Source: an uncultured Desulfospira sp. (GTDB lineage: Bacteria; Desulfobacterota; Desulfobacteria; Desulfobacterales; Desulfobacteraceae). From it: a stretch of DNA of 64,000 nt. The notes under the pieces were generated by a model. The model did not search any database and was not told the DNA's origin. It saw only the letters and a program-made list of their open reading frames with translations. Made by a program: the position numbers and the translations under genes. Below, one piece after another: positions 1-8,724 of the stretch (position 1 is its first letter; each line of letters opens with the position of its first letter). The stretch is taken from contig OY760175.1 of the NCBI GenBank assembly GCA_963663165.1, positions 3,776,001 to 3,840,000 on the forward strand, given 5' to 3'.

Positions 1-2
1 AT

Positions 3-860
3 CCGGTAAAAATCAAGCTTAAGCTAAGATCAGCGGAAGATTACCTGGGCGAAAGTTTTGGTGACAGGCAGATCCTGTGCGTCTATCGACCCAGTGCAGC
101 CAATAAGAAATCTGGATGTACGGAAGATTTCAACAACACGGTGGCCCATGAATTGGGCCATATGTTCAACCAGACGCCGAAACCGGCGGCCAAACCGCCT
201 TCATTAAAAGACCACCCATTCCAGTACGTGGGCCACGGCGGCTCAGGCTCCCATTGCCGGAACAACGCCCAGGCAGGGGCCACCGGCGGCGTAGGCGTCT
301 ACAGCCGGAATTTTAAATCCAAGATTACGTCAAAACATAACGGAACCACTTATCTATTGGCGGATACCAGCGGATTTATTAAAGGGCATGAGGTAAAGGT
401 GAACGGCGTGATAAAGACCATAAAGACCGTGTATAATGATGGGCTGGAATTTGATGGGCCAAATTTTGACGCACCTGTAGACTCAGTCGTTGAACAAAAA
501 TTTGATGAAGGTCTGGCAACAGGCAAGGCCCAGACAACCATCACCCATGCCGGTGCCAATACCAGTACACACCGGGTGGCCAATTCAAGGCACTTTGCCG
601 TGGGCGAAACCGTTCAGATCGGGGCTGAAGAAAGGGTCATAGCGTCCAAGCCGAGCAATACCCAAATCAAATTCACCGCCCCCATCACAACCGCTGTTAA
701 TGCAAAGGTGGTGTCCAAGACAGACTGGAACAATCCAAGGCAGAACTACCCAAGGCCACTAGACGGGGATTGTATTATGTACCACTCATTCAGCGAGAAA
801 TGTTCAAACAAATTCTGCGACACCTGTAAACCATACCTGCAACTTCAGGAAATGACATAA
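3..860 (+). CDS. C-terminal part of a zinc metallopeptidase-like protein (5'-truncated by window edge)
   Basis: Frame open from position 3 (PVKIKLKLRSAEDYLG...). Contains AHELGHMF (HExxH) and C-terminal CIMY...FCDTC (Met-turn and CxxC, as in archaemetzincin-like proteins). Confidence 0.65.
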   Translation, partial: PVKIKLKLRSAEDYLGESFGDRQILCVYRPSAANKKSGCTEDFNNTVAHELGHMFNQTPKPAAKPPSLKDHPFQYVGHGGSGSHCRNNAQAGATGGVGVYSRNFKSKITSKHNGTTYLLADTSGFIKGHEVKVNGVIKTIKTVYNDGLEFDGPNFDAPVDSVVEQKFDEGLATGKAQTTITHAGANTSTHRVANSRHFAVGETVQIGAEERVIASKPSNTQIKFTAPITTAVNAKVVSKTDWNNPRQNYPRPLDGDCIMYHSFSEKCSNKFCDTCKPYLQLQEMT

Positions 861-939
861 AAGCCCCCTGTAATTCATGGTGCCCGGTTAAAACCGGATA
901 AAGATAAAACAAAACCCCAAAACAGAACAAGGACAATAT

Positions 940-1968
940 ATGGCCACTGCAAATGATATCATTGAAAAAATATTGGGCTTTGAAGAAAAGGATTTCTACG
1001 AGGATGACCCGCCGGGTATGGAAATGCGCGAAGAGCAGCTGCTTGACCTGGATTTTTTCGGGGTAGCGGTCAATGCCCCGTCCCGGATCGAGACCCTGGA
1101 AAAGGGAGACCTGCCCCTGATCTTGGCCGCCCGCTATAGCGGTGACCGGGACTGGGAGACACCCCTTGACCGCAATTGTATCCTGTTTGGCACCAACATG
1201 CACGACGGCACGGTAGCGTTTGCCAAGGCCTTTGTCGATGAAAAAGCGCTTCAAGACCGCGGCATAAAAGAGATCGGCCCCAAAGGGCCAAAACCGCCGG
1301 GCCTGGCCACGGCAGCCGTCCAGCTGACCCGGCTGGCCCCCAAGGACCGTCTTGGCATTGCCTGGGACACCGGGATCTGGGCTCTGGGCGTTATCAACTA
1401 CGACTGGCCTTCCAATACCGTGACCGTGGAACTTGCGGGAGAGGGGGAGCCAAAACCGATATTTGCCAAACCCGTTTCCCCGGAACCTGATCCAAGAGGA
1501 GAAGACCATTTCCCCTGCTACCTGCCGGTTTCCGACACCCCAAAACCGCCGGAGTCCGGCCTGTCGGTTGCGGTTGAATTTTACGAACGGGAGGGGCGCC
1601 AGCATCTGGACCTGACAGGGGCTTTTGGGGTAACCATCCGAGAGCTTCACCTGCCTGAAATTCCGATTGAACAACCCTATGCCAAGGGGGGGGAAAAAAC
1701 CGTGGCCGCGGTGGTTCCTTTGACCCTGGCTGTTTTGGGAGCCAACTGGGATGAGCCCCTGCAATTTAACTGGGCTGTCCCTGTTTACGGCAGTTCCCTT
1801 GAGGTTGGAAAACAGGCTTCAGGGTACTTTGCCCTGAATGCCCTGGCCGGGGCCCGACCCCTTAATCCGGGAAAACACCTTTGCTACCTTTTCCTGGACG
1901 GCGGGATATACGGCCCTTATGGCTTCACTGTGCCGGAAATACCGAGTTTGCCAAAGGTAAACCGCTAA
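940..1968 (+). CDS. hypothetical protein (342 aa), possible partner/immunity protein of the upstream peptidase
   Basis: Long ORF with AAGGA RBS; acidic and Pro-rich; no recognisable family. Confidence 0.7.
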   Translation: MATANDIIEKILGFEEKDFYEDDPPGMEMREEQLLDLDFFGVAVNAPSRIETLEKGDLPLILAARYSGDRDWETPLDRNCILFGTNMHDGTVAFAKAFVDEKALQDRGIKEIGPKGPKPPGLATAAVQLTRLAPKDRLGIAWDTGIWALGVINYDWPSNTVTVELAGEGEPKPIFAKPVSPEPDPRGEDHFPCYLPVSDTPKPPESGLSVAVEFYEREGRQHLDLTGAFGVTIRELHLPEIPIEQPYAKGGEKTVAAVVPLTLAVLGANWDEPLQFNWAVPVYGSSLEVGKQASGYFALNALAGARPLNPGKHLCYLFLDGGIYGPYGFTVPEIPSLPKVNR

Positions 1969-1993
1969 AAAATTAACCATAGGGGGGCCGGCA

Positions 1994-3484
1994 ATGGCCC
2001 GGACACGTCCGGTAAAAATCATTTTTTTGATCCTGGGTCTCATTCTCTGGTTTCCCGGGGAGGGGCATGTGAGCGGATCTTTCAGTACAACCTGGGGCGA
2101 CCGGTATTTCATTATTCATTTTGATAACCAGCGCCATAAAATCTACCGCCCGGAAACGGATGTGGACGGTTTGTACCGGCAGTTTCAAAAGAATTTTCTG
2201 TCAATGGTTGAGGAACAGTCCTCTAAAAGAGATAATCTGTTTGAACAGGCCGGTGCCAGAAAAATCCCCGTAACCGAGATCCGGCTTAAGTGGCCGGAAA
2301 TGGTGCTGCTCTCCCCCGATGACATTGAACTGATCAACCCGGCCTCTTATCCGCTGCTGTTGTGCCTGCCGGTCCAGCCGGATAACGGCAGGGGGCTGTA
2401 TCATTTTAAACTGGCATTGACCGGACCTGTCCCTGCCCGCGATCTGGAATGGCTCCACAAAGAGTTGACCCAAATGGTGTCGAAAAACGATTCCTGTCCG
2501 GACGATGATGAGATACCGCTAAACACCATTGACCTGGACGATTACCCCTATGTCAATGTGATACAAACCTATACCGGACATGCCCTTTACGCGGGCACGT
2601 TATTCCATGTGGCCCGGGACCAGACCGATTTTTTCCGGGACCAGCTCACGGCATGGATGGATCGCATCGGCCCTGAGCTGAATCGGGAAGTGAGCTGCCC
2701 CGCATTTGAAAAAGAGACCGGGGCCCACCTTATTTCGATGGACGCTGTATTTGGAAAAGACCAGGGCCTTTGTTCCGGAAACTTTAATCCCTGGGGGCCC
2801 ATTCAGGATGAAGCCCAGGGAATATCTTTTTTCCGGCCCCGGGCGCAAAGCCCCAATACCATTGTTACAGCCCTGTTTGCGGCAAAAACGGATCAATGGG
2901 GGGGACTTTCCGAACGGATCACAGGGCTTTTAGAAAAACTGACCCAGGCCAACCCGGAACAGTGGCGATCGGTCAGGACCGACCTTATGATCATGCAGCT
3001 GAACGGCAAGATTGAGGGATCACCCTACTATTTTGAGCCGGACGTTCTGGATAAAGGCCGGATGGAAAGCGCGTTGTCAACCCTGCTGAACAACAGCCAG
3101 AAAACCAAGGAAGCCCAACGGAACGCCATGGACCAGCTGGCTTATCTGGTGGACCAGAGAACAACCGGCCAGACCATCCAGGCCATTGTCCAATACTTTG
3201 CATCCCCCAAAAACGAATATTCAGACCTGGCCCAGGTCATCCAGGTGCTGGGAAAAATCCGTTCCACCCCGTCGGCCAGGGCCCTGATCGGCCTTTATCT
3301 CGACAGGCCCTTGTCCGACAGCGGGGATACTTACTTCCTGCGCCAGGATATCCTCACCGCCTTAAAATCCACCGGTCTTCCGGCCATAACGCTTATAGAA
3401 GAGGCCCTTGCCCGGGAAAGCATCCAGCAACAACCCTTGCGTGTTGAGGAGCTGACCGCCGTGCTTAAAGCCCTTACCCGTTAG
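1994..3484 (+). CDS. exported hypothetical protein with C-terminal HEAT-like helical repeats
   Basis: 496 aa; N-terminal basic + hydrophobic signal/anchor (KIIFLILGLILWF); C-terminal VIQVLGKI...ARALIGL...ILTALKSTG.PAI pattern. Confidence 0.65.
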   Translation: MARTRPVKIIFLILGLILWFPGEGHVSGSFSTTWGDRYFIIHFDNQRHKIYRPETDVDGLYRQFQKNFLSMVEEQSSKRDNLFEQAGARKIPVTEIRLKWPEMVLLSPDDIELINPASYPLLLCLPVQPDNGRGLYHFKLALTGPVPARDLEWLHKELTQMVSKNDSCPDDDEIPLNTIDLDDYPYVNVIQTYTGHALYAGTLFHVARDQTDFFRDQLTAWMDRIGPELNREVSCPAFEKETGAHLISMDAVFGKDQGLCSGNFNPWGPIQDEAQGISFFRPRAQSPNTIVTALFAAKTDQWGGLSERITGLLEKLTQANPEQWRSVRTDLMIMQLNGKIEGSPYYFEPDVLDKGRMESALSTLLNNSQKTKEAQRNAMDQLAYLVDQRTTGQTIQAIVQYFASPKNEYSDLAQVIQVLGKIRSTPSARALIGLYLDRPLSDSGDTYFLRQDILTALKSTGLPAITLIEEALARESIQQQPLRVEELTAVLKALTR

Positions 3485-3485
3485 T

Positions 3486-5495
3486 TTACCCCGCCAGAAC
3501 ATGATCCACCATATCCTTTAATTCCCCGGCGGTCAGAATTTGGATGTTCCGTTTAAACACAGGGTTGATGGCGTCCAGGTCGGCCTTGTTTTTTTCCGGA
3601 AAAATCACGGTTTTAATCCCGGCCATTTTGGCGGCCAGCACTTTTTCCTTGATCCCGCCCACGGGCAGAATCCGGCCGCTTAAGGTCAACTCCCCGGTCA
3701 TGGCCGTATCCCTGCGGCAGGGGATCCCCTTTAGCAGGGACAACAATGCCATGGCAATGGTCAGGCCGGCTGACGGTCCGTCTTTGGGGATGGCCCCGGC
3801 CGGCACATGGATATGGATATCCTGCCCGCTGAAAAAATCTTCAAAAAGGCCAAAATCCGTTGTATGGCTTCTGATATAGCTCAAAGCCGCCTGGGCTGAC
3901 TCTTTCATGACATCTCCCAAAGAGCCGGTGAGAATCAGCTGGTTGGTTCCGGCCATTTTCGTGGTTTCAATAAAAATAATTTCGCCGCCGGTTTCGGTCC
4001 AGGCAAGCCCTGTGGCACACCCGATCCGGTCTTTTGCCCCGGCAATTTCGAAAAAGTAACGGCCTGCGCCCAACAGCTCTTCAACCATCTTCTCGGTAAT
4101 GGTGATCTCGGTGTCCGTGGACAGGACCTGCTTGATAATCTGCCGGGTGATTTTCCGGCACACGGCATATATTTTTCTTTCCAGTTCCCTTAAACCGGCC
4201 TCCCTTGTATGCTCGCGAATAATTTTTTTTAAGGCATCTTCCTCAAAAACAACCTGAAACGAACCTAAGCCGGAATCATCAATGGCCCTGGGAATCAAGT
4301 GCCTCTTGGCGATATTGACCTTTTCCCCTACGGTGTATCCGGACATATGAATTACTTCAAACCGGTCCAGCAAGGGCCTTGGGATCCGGGCCACGGTATT
4401 GGCCGTTGCAATAAACATGACCTTTGACAGGTCATAAGGAACATCCAGGTAGTGGTCCATAAACCCTGAATTCTGGTGGGGGTCCAGCACCTCAAGAAGG
4501 GCTGAGGCCGGATCTCCCTTAAAGTCCTGGCCGATTTTATCAATTTCATCGAGCATGAACACCGGATTGCCCGATTCTGCCCGCCGGATTTCCTGGATAA
4601 TCCGTCCCGAAAGGGCCCCCACATAGCTTCTCCTGTGCCCCCTGATATCGGCTTCATCCTTCATGCCGGCAAGAGAGATGCGGACAAACTTTCGCTTAAG
4701 GCTCCTTGCAATGGATTTGCCAAGAGAGGTTTTCCCGATGCCGGGAGGGCCGGTAAAGCAAAGGACCGGGCTTTTGGCATCCACCACCCCGGTTTTTTTA
4801 TCCAGGGCCAGCTTGACCGTCGAACGGACCTCGTCCAGTTTCAGGGGCTTGGCCAGAAAATGAAAAGACCCCCTTTTGATGGCGTCCACAGCCGTCAAGA
4901 CCGTTGCATAGCCGGTGATGATGATGACCTCGGTGGACGGGCTTAATTTTTTAACCCGGTCCAGCAGGGTCAGGCCGTCAATCTTATCCATTTTCAGGTC
5001 TGTGATCACCAGGTCAAAATGCTCTTTTTCAAGGAGATCTAAAGCCTCGCTGCCGCTGTCCGCACTGCTGACCTCATACCCTTCTTTTGACAGCACATGG
5101 GTCAGGTTCCGCCGGGTCATCTGCTCATCATCAACGATGAGAATATTGTTTTTGGCTGAGAGCTTCATCAACCGGACCGCCAGATGTTCCAGGATCCTTT
5201 CCTTGATTTCTTCAAGCCCGTAGTGATCTTTGTTGAGGACATCCTCTGCCCTGGCCATATCCAGATTATCTTCGGTATAGGCATTCCACGGCAGGGTGGT
5301 CAGATAATCAATATAGTTGATGCCAATGGTATACTCCGCCGATGAGGGACTGATTTTGGACAGCTTGTCCACTTCCTTGAGAACCAGCTTTTCCACAGCC
5401 TCAGGCATCTTTTTGTCCATGACATTCTGCCGGATTTCTTCAACTTCCGACGGTTCCGGTTCCTGGTCTGTATCTCGTTTGAAAATTCCCTTCAC
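3486..5495 (-). CDS. lon: Lon (endopeptidase La) lacking the N-domain, with an inserted response-regulator receiver domain
   Basis: GTG start with AAGGA RBS; DHYGLEEIKERILE; Walker A GPPGIGKTS; RGHRRSYVGA; Walker B MLDEIDK; KDGPSAG (Ser) and VGGIKEK (Lys) dyad; REC at aa ~117-232 (ILIVDDE, LVITDLKM, ITGYA, AKP). Confidence 0.93.
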   Translation of the reverse strand: MKGIFKRDTDQEPEPSEVEEIRQNVMDKKMPEAVEKLVLKEVDKLSKISPSSAEYTIGINYIDYLTTLPWNAYTEDNLDMARAEDVLNKDHYGLEEIKERILEHLAVRLMKLSAKNNILIVDDEQMTRRNLTHVLSKEGYEVSSADSGSEALDLLEKEHFDLVITDLKMDKIDGLTLLDRVKKLSPSTEVIIITGYATVLTAVDAIKRGSFHFLAKPLKLDEVRSTVKLALDKKTGVVDAKSPVLCFTGPPGIGKTSLGKSIARSLKRKFVRISLAGMKDEADIRGHRRSYVGALSGRIIQEIRRAESGNPVFMLDEIDKIGQDFKGDPASALLEVLDPHQNSGFMDHYLDVPYDLSKVMFIATANTVARIPRPLLDRFEVIHMSGYTVGEKVNIAKRHLIPRAIDDSGLGSFQVVFEEDALKKIIREHTREAGLRELERKIYAVCRKITRQIIKQVLSTDTEITITEKMVEELLGAGRYFFEIAGAKDRIGCATGLAWTETGGEIIFIETTKMAGTNQLILTGSLGDVMKESAQAALSYIRSHTTDFGLFEDFFSGQDIHIHVPAGAIPKDGPSAGLTIAMALLSLLKGIPCRRDTAMTGELTLSGRILPVGGIKEKVLAAKMAGIKTVIFPEKNKADLDAINPVFKRNIQILTAGELKDMVDHVLAG

Positions 5496-5589
5496 TTGGT
5501 ATCTTCCTTTGGATTTTAACTGTTAGCGGTTAGCCATTAGCTGTCAGCTGTTCTCAATATTCTGCTGTTACCAGCTTGAATCAAAGGTC

Positions 5590-5605
5590 TGCAATTAGTG
5601 TGCCC
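5590..5605 (-). promoter_or_regulatory. sigma-54 (-24/-12) promoter for lon
   Basis: Minus strand GGGCACACTAATTGCA = GG-N10-GC, near-consensus TGGCAC-N5-TTGCW, about 95 nt upstream of the lon start. Confidence 0.75.
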
Positions 5606-5742
5606 GGCAAGAAACAAGAAGCAAGAGACAGGAGACAAGAGATGGGAAGGGAGAAAGACCGGCTGGTTGTGTTTTGGATTAAACCCCACATAAATCCCAT
5701 CAGCCATACCCGTTGCAAATACACGTAAAGGGACAGGCGGCT

Positions 5743-5843
5743 ATTTCATTTTGCAACAGACTATTGTTAACTGCAATACACCGGTACCTGCCCAAATTTT
5801 AAGGGAAACTCAAGGTTCTGCAACACCCGTTACAATCTGCAAC
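5743..5843. promoter_or_regulatory. enhancer-binding-protein sites, two pairs of GTTGCA-N3-TGCAAC-like palindromes
   Basis: ATTTCA-TTT-TGCAAC (5743), ATTGTT-AAC-TGCAAT (5763), half site TGCAAC (5819), GTTACA-ATC-TGCAAC (5829). Pairs are 19-20 bp apart, between two divergent sigma-54 promoters. Confidence 0.6.
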
Positions 5844-5931
5844 AAACCCAAGCGGCCCGTTTTCACCCCCCCATTCATCTGGACAAGAAAAAATATTTTG
5901 AATTCAGCGTGTTAGAGAGATATAAAGCCAC

Positions 5932-5947
5932 TGGTATACATCTTGCT
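5932..5947 (+). promoter_or_regulatory. sigma-54 (-24/-12) promoter for the USP-like/permease operon
   Basis: TGGTATACATCTTGCT = GG-N10-GC; an AT-rich IHF-like segment lies upstream (~5887-5914). Confidence 0.75.
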
Positions 5948-5997
5948 CAAAGGTTGGAGAGAAAATAAAATCAACCTGAACCTTAAGGAGACTGATC

Positions 5998-6549
5998 ATG
6001 GCATTTTTTACCGCACTAAAAGACAAAGTAATCAGCTTGAACAAAAAAATGGACGACTGCCAGGAAGCCATCACCTTTTCCATGGCCGGCGTGGACCAGG
6101 ATACCGACCATATGCTTTCCTGCAAGGAAGACCAGGGGAGGAACCTGGTGGTGGCCACCCAGGAGAGCCGGTTTACGGAGGATATGATTACCTATGCCTT
6201 AGAAATGGCCCAGCGCATGGACTACAATATCATTGCGGTGAATGCGGCCAACCTCACCCATGAGGTCACAGAGTTCTTTTCCAGCACCCAGGAGAACCTT
6301 TATAAAGAATTTATCCAGACAGCCAATGAAAAAATCCTGGATTTTAAGGAAAGGGCTGAGGCTTTGGGAATTAAATTTGCACATTCCACCCATTTTTCGA
6401 ACACGGATCATGCCATTGACGAAATTTCCAAACAATGCGGCCAGGTGGAATTCATCATTACGGAAAACAGGGAAAAAGCCCCCCTGCGCAATGAAGTTGA
6501 AAATACCCAGCGCATTGCCCAGCGCCTGTGCGTCTACTCGGTCAACTAA
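5998..6549 (+). CDS. universal-stress-protein-like (USP fold) hypothetical protein
   Basis: AAGGAG RBS; RNLVVA...ITYALEMAQRMDYNIIAVN...FKERAEALGIKF...HAIDEISK...VEFII matches USP secondary-structure pattern. Confidence 0.65.
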   Translation: MAFFTALKDKVISLNKKMDDCQEAITFSMAGVDQDTDHMLSCKEDQGRNLVVATQESRFTEDMITYALEMAQRMDYNIIAVNAANLTHEVTEFFSSTQENLYKEFIQTANEKILDFKERAEALGIKFAHSTHFSNTDHAIDEISKQCGQVEFIITENREKAPLRNEVENTQRIAQRLCVYSVN

Positions 6550-6639
6550 CGGCCACGGGCCGTCTTGGTTATCCAACCAAGAACCGCCCACAACAAATAA
6601 TGAAAGTCTTCTCAGGAGGTTAGTGAGACTTTCATATAA
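6547..6639 (+). repeat. 90-bp two-hairpin repeat, copy 1
   Basis: TAACGGCCACGGGCCG...GAGACTTTCATATAA; near-identical to 39515-39697 (x2) and 52847-52939 (reverse). Confidence 0.9.
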
Positions 6640-6718
6640 AAAAAGCAAAAAGGCAAATATCCACCAGCTAATTGCTAAAAGCTAATAGCTAACAGCTAAT
6701 TAAAAAAGGAATTTCACC

Positions 6719-6805
6719 ATGAACGCCCATTTTTATTTCAGCCTTGCCATGATTCTGGTCATGGCGGTTCTGTGCTTTATTTACAGGAATGAAGACGAAA
6801 AGTAA
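6719..6805 (+). CDS. small single-pass membrane protein (28 aa)
   Basis: AAGGA RBS at 6706-6710; MNAHFYFSLAMILVMAVLCFIYRNEDEK; lies in-operon just before the permease. Confidence 0.55.
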   Translation: MNAHFYFSLAMILVMAVLCFIYRNEDEK

Positions 6806-6827
6806 CTCATACGGAGACCCCTAACCA

Positions 6828-8641
6828 ATGACACCTGAGATGATTATAACCATGCTGGTCCTCGTTTTTGTTATCTGCCTGTTTATTTTTGAATGGGTCC
6901 GGGTAGACGTGGTCGGCATTATGATGATGGTCCTGCTCCCCCTGATCGGAGTTATCAGCCCCAAAGAGGCCTTTGTGGGCTTAAGCAGTAACGCGGTATG
7001 CTCCATTATTGCCGTTATTATTATTGGCGCCGGATTAGACAAGACCGGTGTGATGAACAAAGTGGCCAAACCCATCCTGGCCCTGGCCGGAAAAAGCGAA
7101 AAGAAAATCATGGTACTGGTGGCCGGCACCGTCGGGGTGATTTCCAGCATGATGCAGAACATTGGCGCAGCCGCCCTGTTCCTGCCAGCCACCCAGCGGA
7201 TATCCAAGCGGATCGGCATCCCCACCTCCCGGATTCTGATGCCCATGGGATTTTGCGCCATTATCGGCGGCACCCTGACCCTGGTCGGGGCAAGCCCCAC
7301 CATCCTGCTCAATGACCTTATGGTCCTGGGCGGCGAAAAACTCGAACCCTTTGGGCTGTTTACCCAGACCCCCATCGGGATCTGCCTGATCCTGACCGCC
7401 TTGATTTATTTTGTGGTTTTCGGCCGGTTTGTCCTCCCCTCAAGCTCGGGAGACCAGGGCAAAGGCGCCACGGAAGTCCTGATTAAAGAGTACCAGGGGG
7501 TCAACAGCATTGTGGAAATGCATATCCCCAAAGAAAACAGCACCACAGGTATTCTTGACGATCTGAACATCCGGCCCCGGTTCCTGGTCACCGTTATCGC
7601 CATCAGTTCCCCCACCGAACGGACCACCTCCCATGTCCCCCACAGCTATGAAAAAATCCGCCCCGGGGATGACATTGCCGTGGTGGGCAGAAAAGAACAC
7701 ATCGAACAGCTGGCAAAGGATTACGGCTGGCAGGTCAAAGACAGCCTTGAGACCTTTGCCGAAAGCCTGGCCAACACCAACGCGGGAATGGCGGAAACCG
7801 TTGTCTCCCCCCGCTCGGAACTGATCGGCAAGACCTTAAACGAAGTGGATTTCAAAGAGCTGTTCGGGTTAAACCCCCTGGTGCTGTTCAAGAACAACCG
7901 AAAGTACTACAGCGGCCTGACCAATATCCGTCTGGATATGGGGGACACCCTGTTGCTCCAGGGGCCCTGGGAAAAATTTCACATATTAAAGAACCGGCCC
8001 CAGCCCAGGGCGCTGATCTTTGCCTCCCCGCTGGAAGGCGAAATTTTAAGGCCCAAGAAAGCGGCCCTGGCGCTGGTCTGGCTGGCCATTGCCCTGCTTC
8101 AGATTATCGTATTCAAGGTTCAGTTGTCTGTGGCCCTGATGTCCGGGGCACTTGGCATGATCATTACCGGGGTTCTCACCATTGACGAAGCCTACCAGTC
8201 CGTTGACTGGATGACGGTGTTTCTGCTGGCCGGGCTGATACCATTGGGCATTGCCTTTGAGAAAACCGGAACCGCTGCCTTTATTGCCAAAACGGTTCTG
8301 GGACTGATCGGCACGCCCTCGCCCATTATGCTTTTGGCCGTAATCGGCATCATGACATCCTTTTTTACCCTTGTCATTTCCAATGTCGGGGCAACCGTCC
8401 TGCTGGTGCCGTTGTGCATGAACATGGCGGTCATGGCCGGGGGGGATCCGAGAATGGCGGCCCTTGTGGTGGGGCTGTCCGCATCCAACACCTTGTTTTG
8501 CCCACCCACCAGGTCAATGCCCTGATCATGAGGCCTGGCGGATACCGGACCGTGGACTATGCCAGGGCAGGGGCCGTCATGACGGTTCTGTTCCTTACGG
8601 TGGAATTGACGGTGATCTACTTTTTCTACGGAATAGGATAA
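6828..8641 (+). pseudogene. SLC13/DASS-family permease with two TrkA-C domains, frameshifted near the 3' end (real or sequencing error)
   Basis: GGTLTLVGASPTILL motif, central TrkA-C pair, ISNVGATVLL. At ~8493 acc-ttg-ttt-tgc lacks one T; the conserved end LPTHQVNALIMRPGGYRTVDYARAG is in another frame ending at 8641. Confidence 0.85.
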
Positions 8642-8724
8642 GGTAAATAGTCTAAACCCCTTCAGCCTAATCCCCTAAATTCCTTAACTTGCATGATACC
8701 GGTAAAGACTGTAAAGTATTTTCA

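Noticed and set aside
790..1764. Long antisense ORFs (790-1764, 48756-49901, 9219-9863 and others)
   Set aside because: Shadows of well-supported genes on the opposite strand, with no motifs
6543..6625. 90-bp repeat as integron attC (AACTAAC...GTTAGTG overlapping a stop codon)
   Set aside because: The arms between the boxes are not complementary, homology extends past the GTT, copy 4 lacks GTT, and no integrase or cassette array is present
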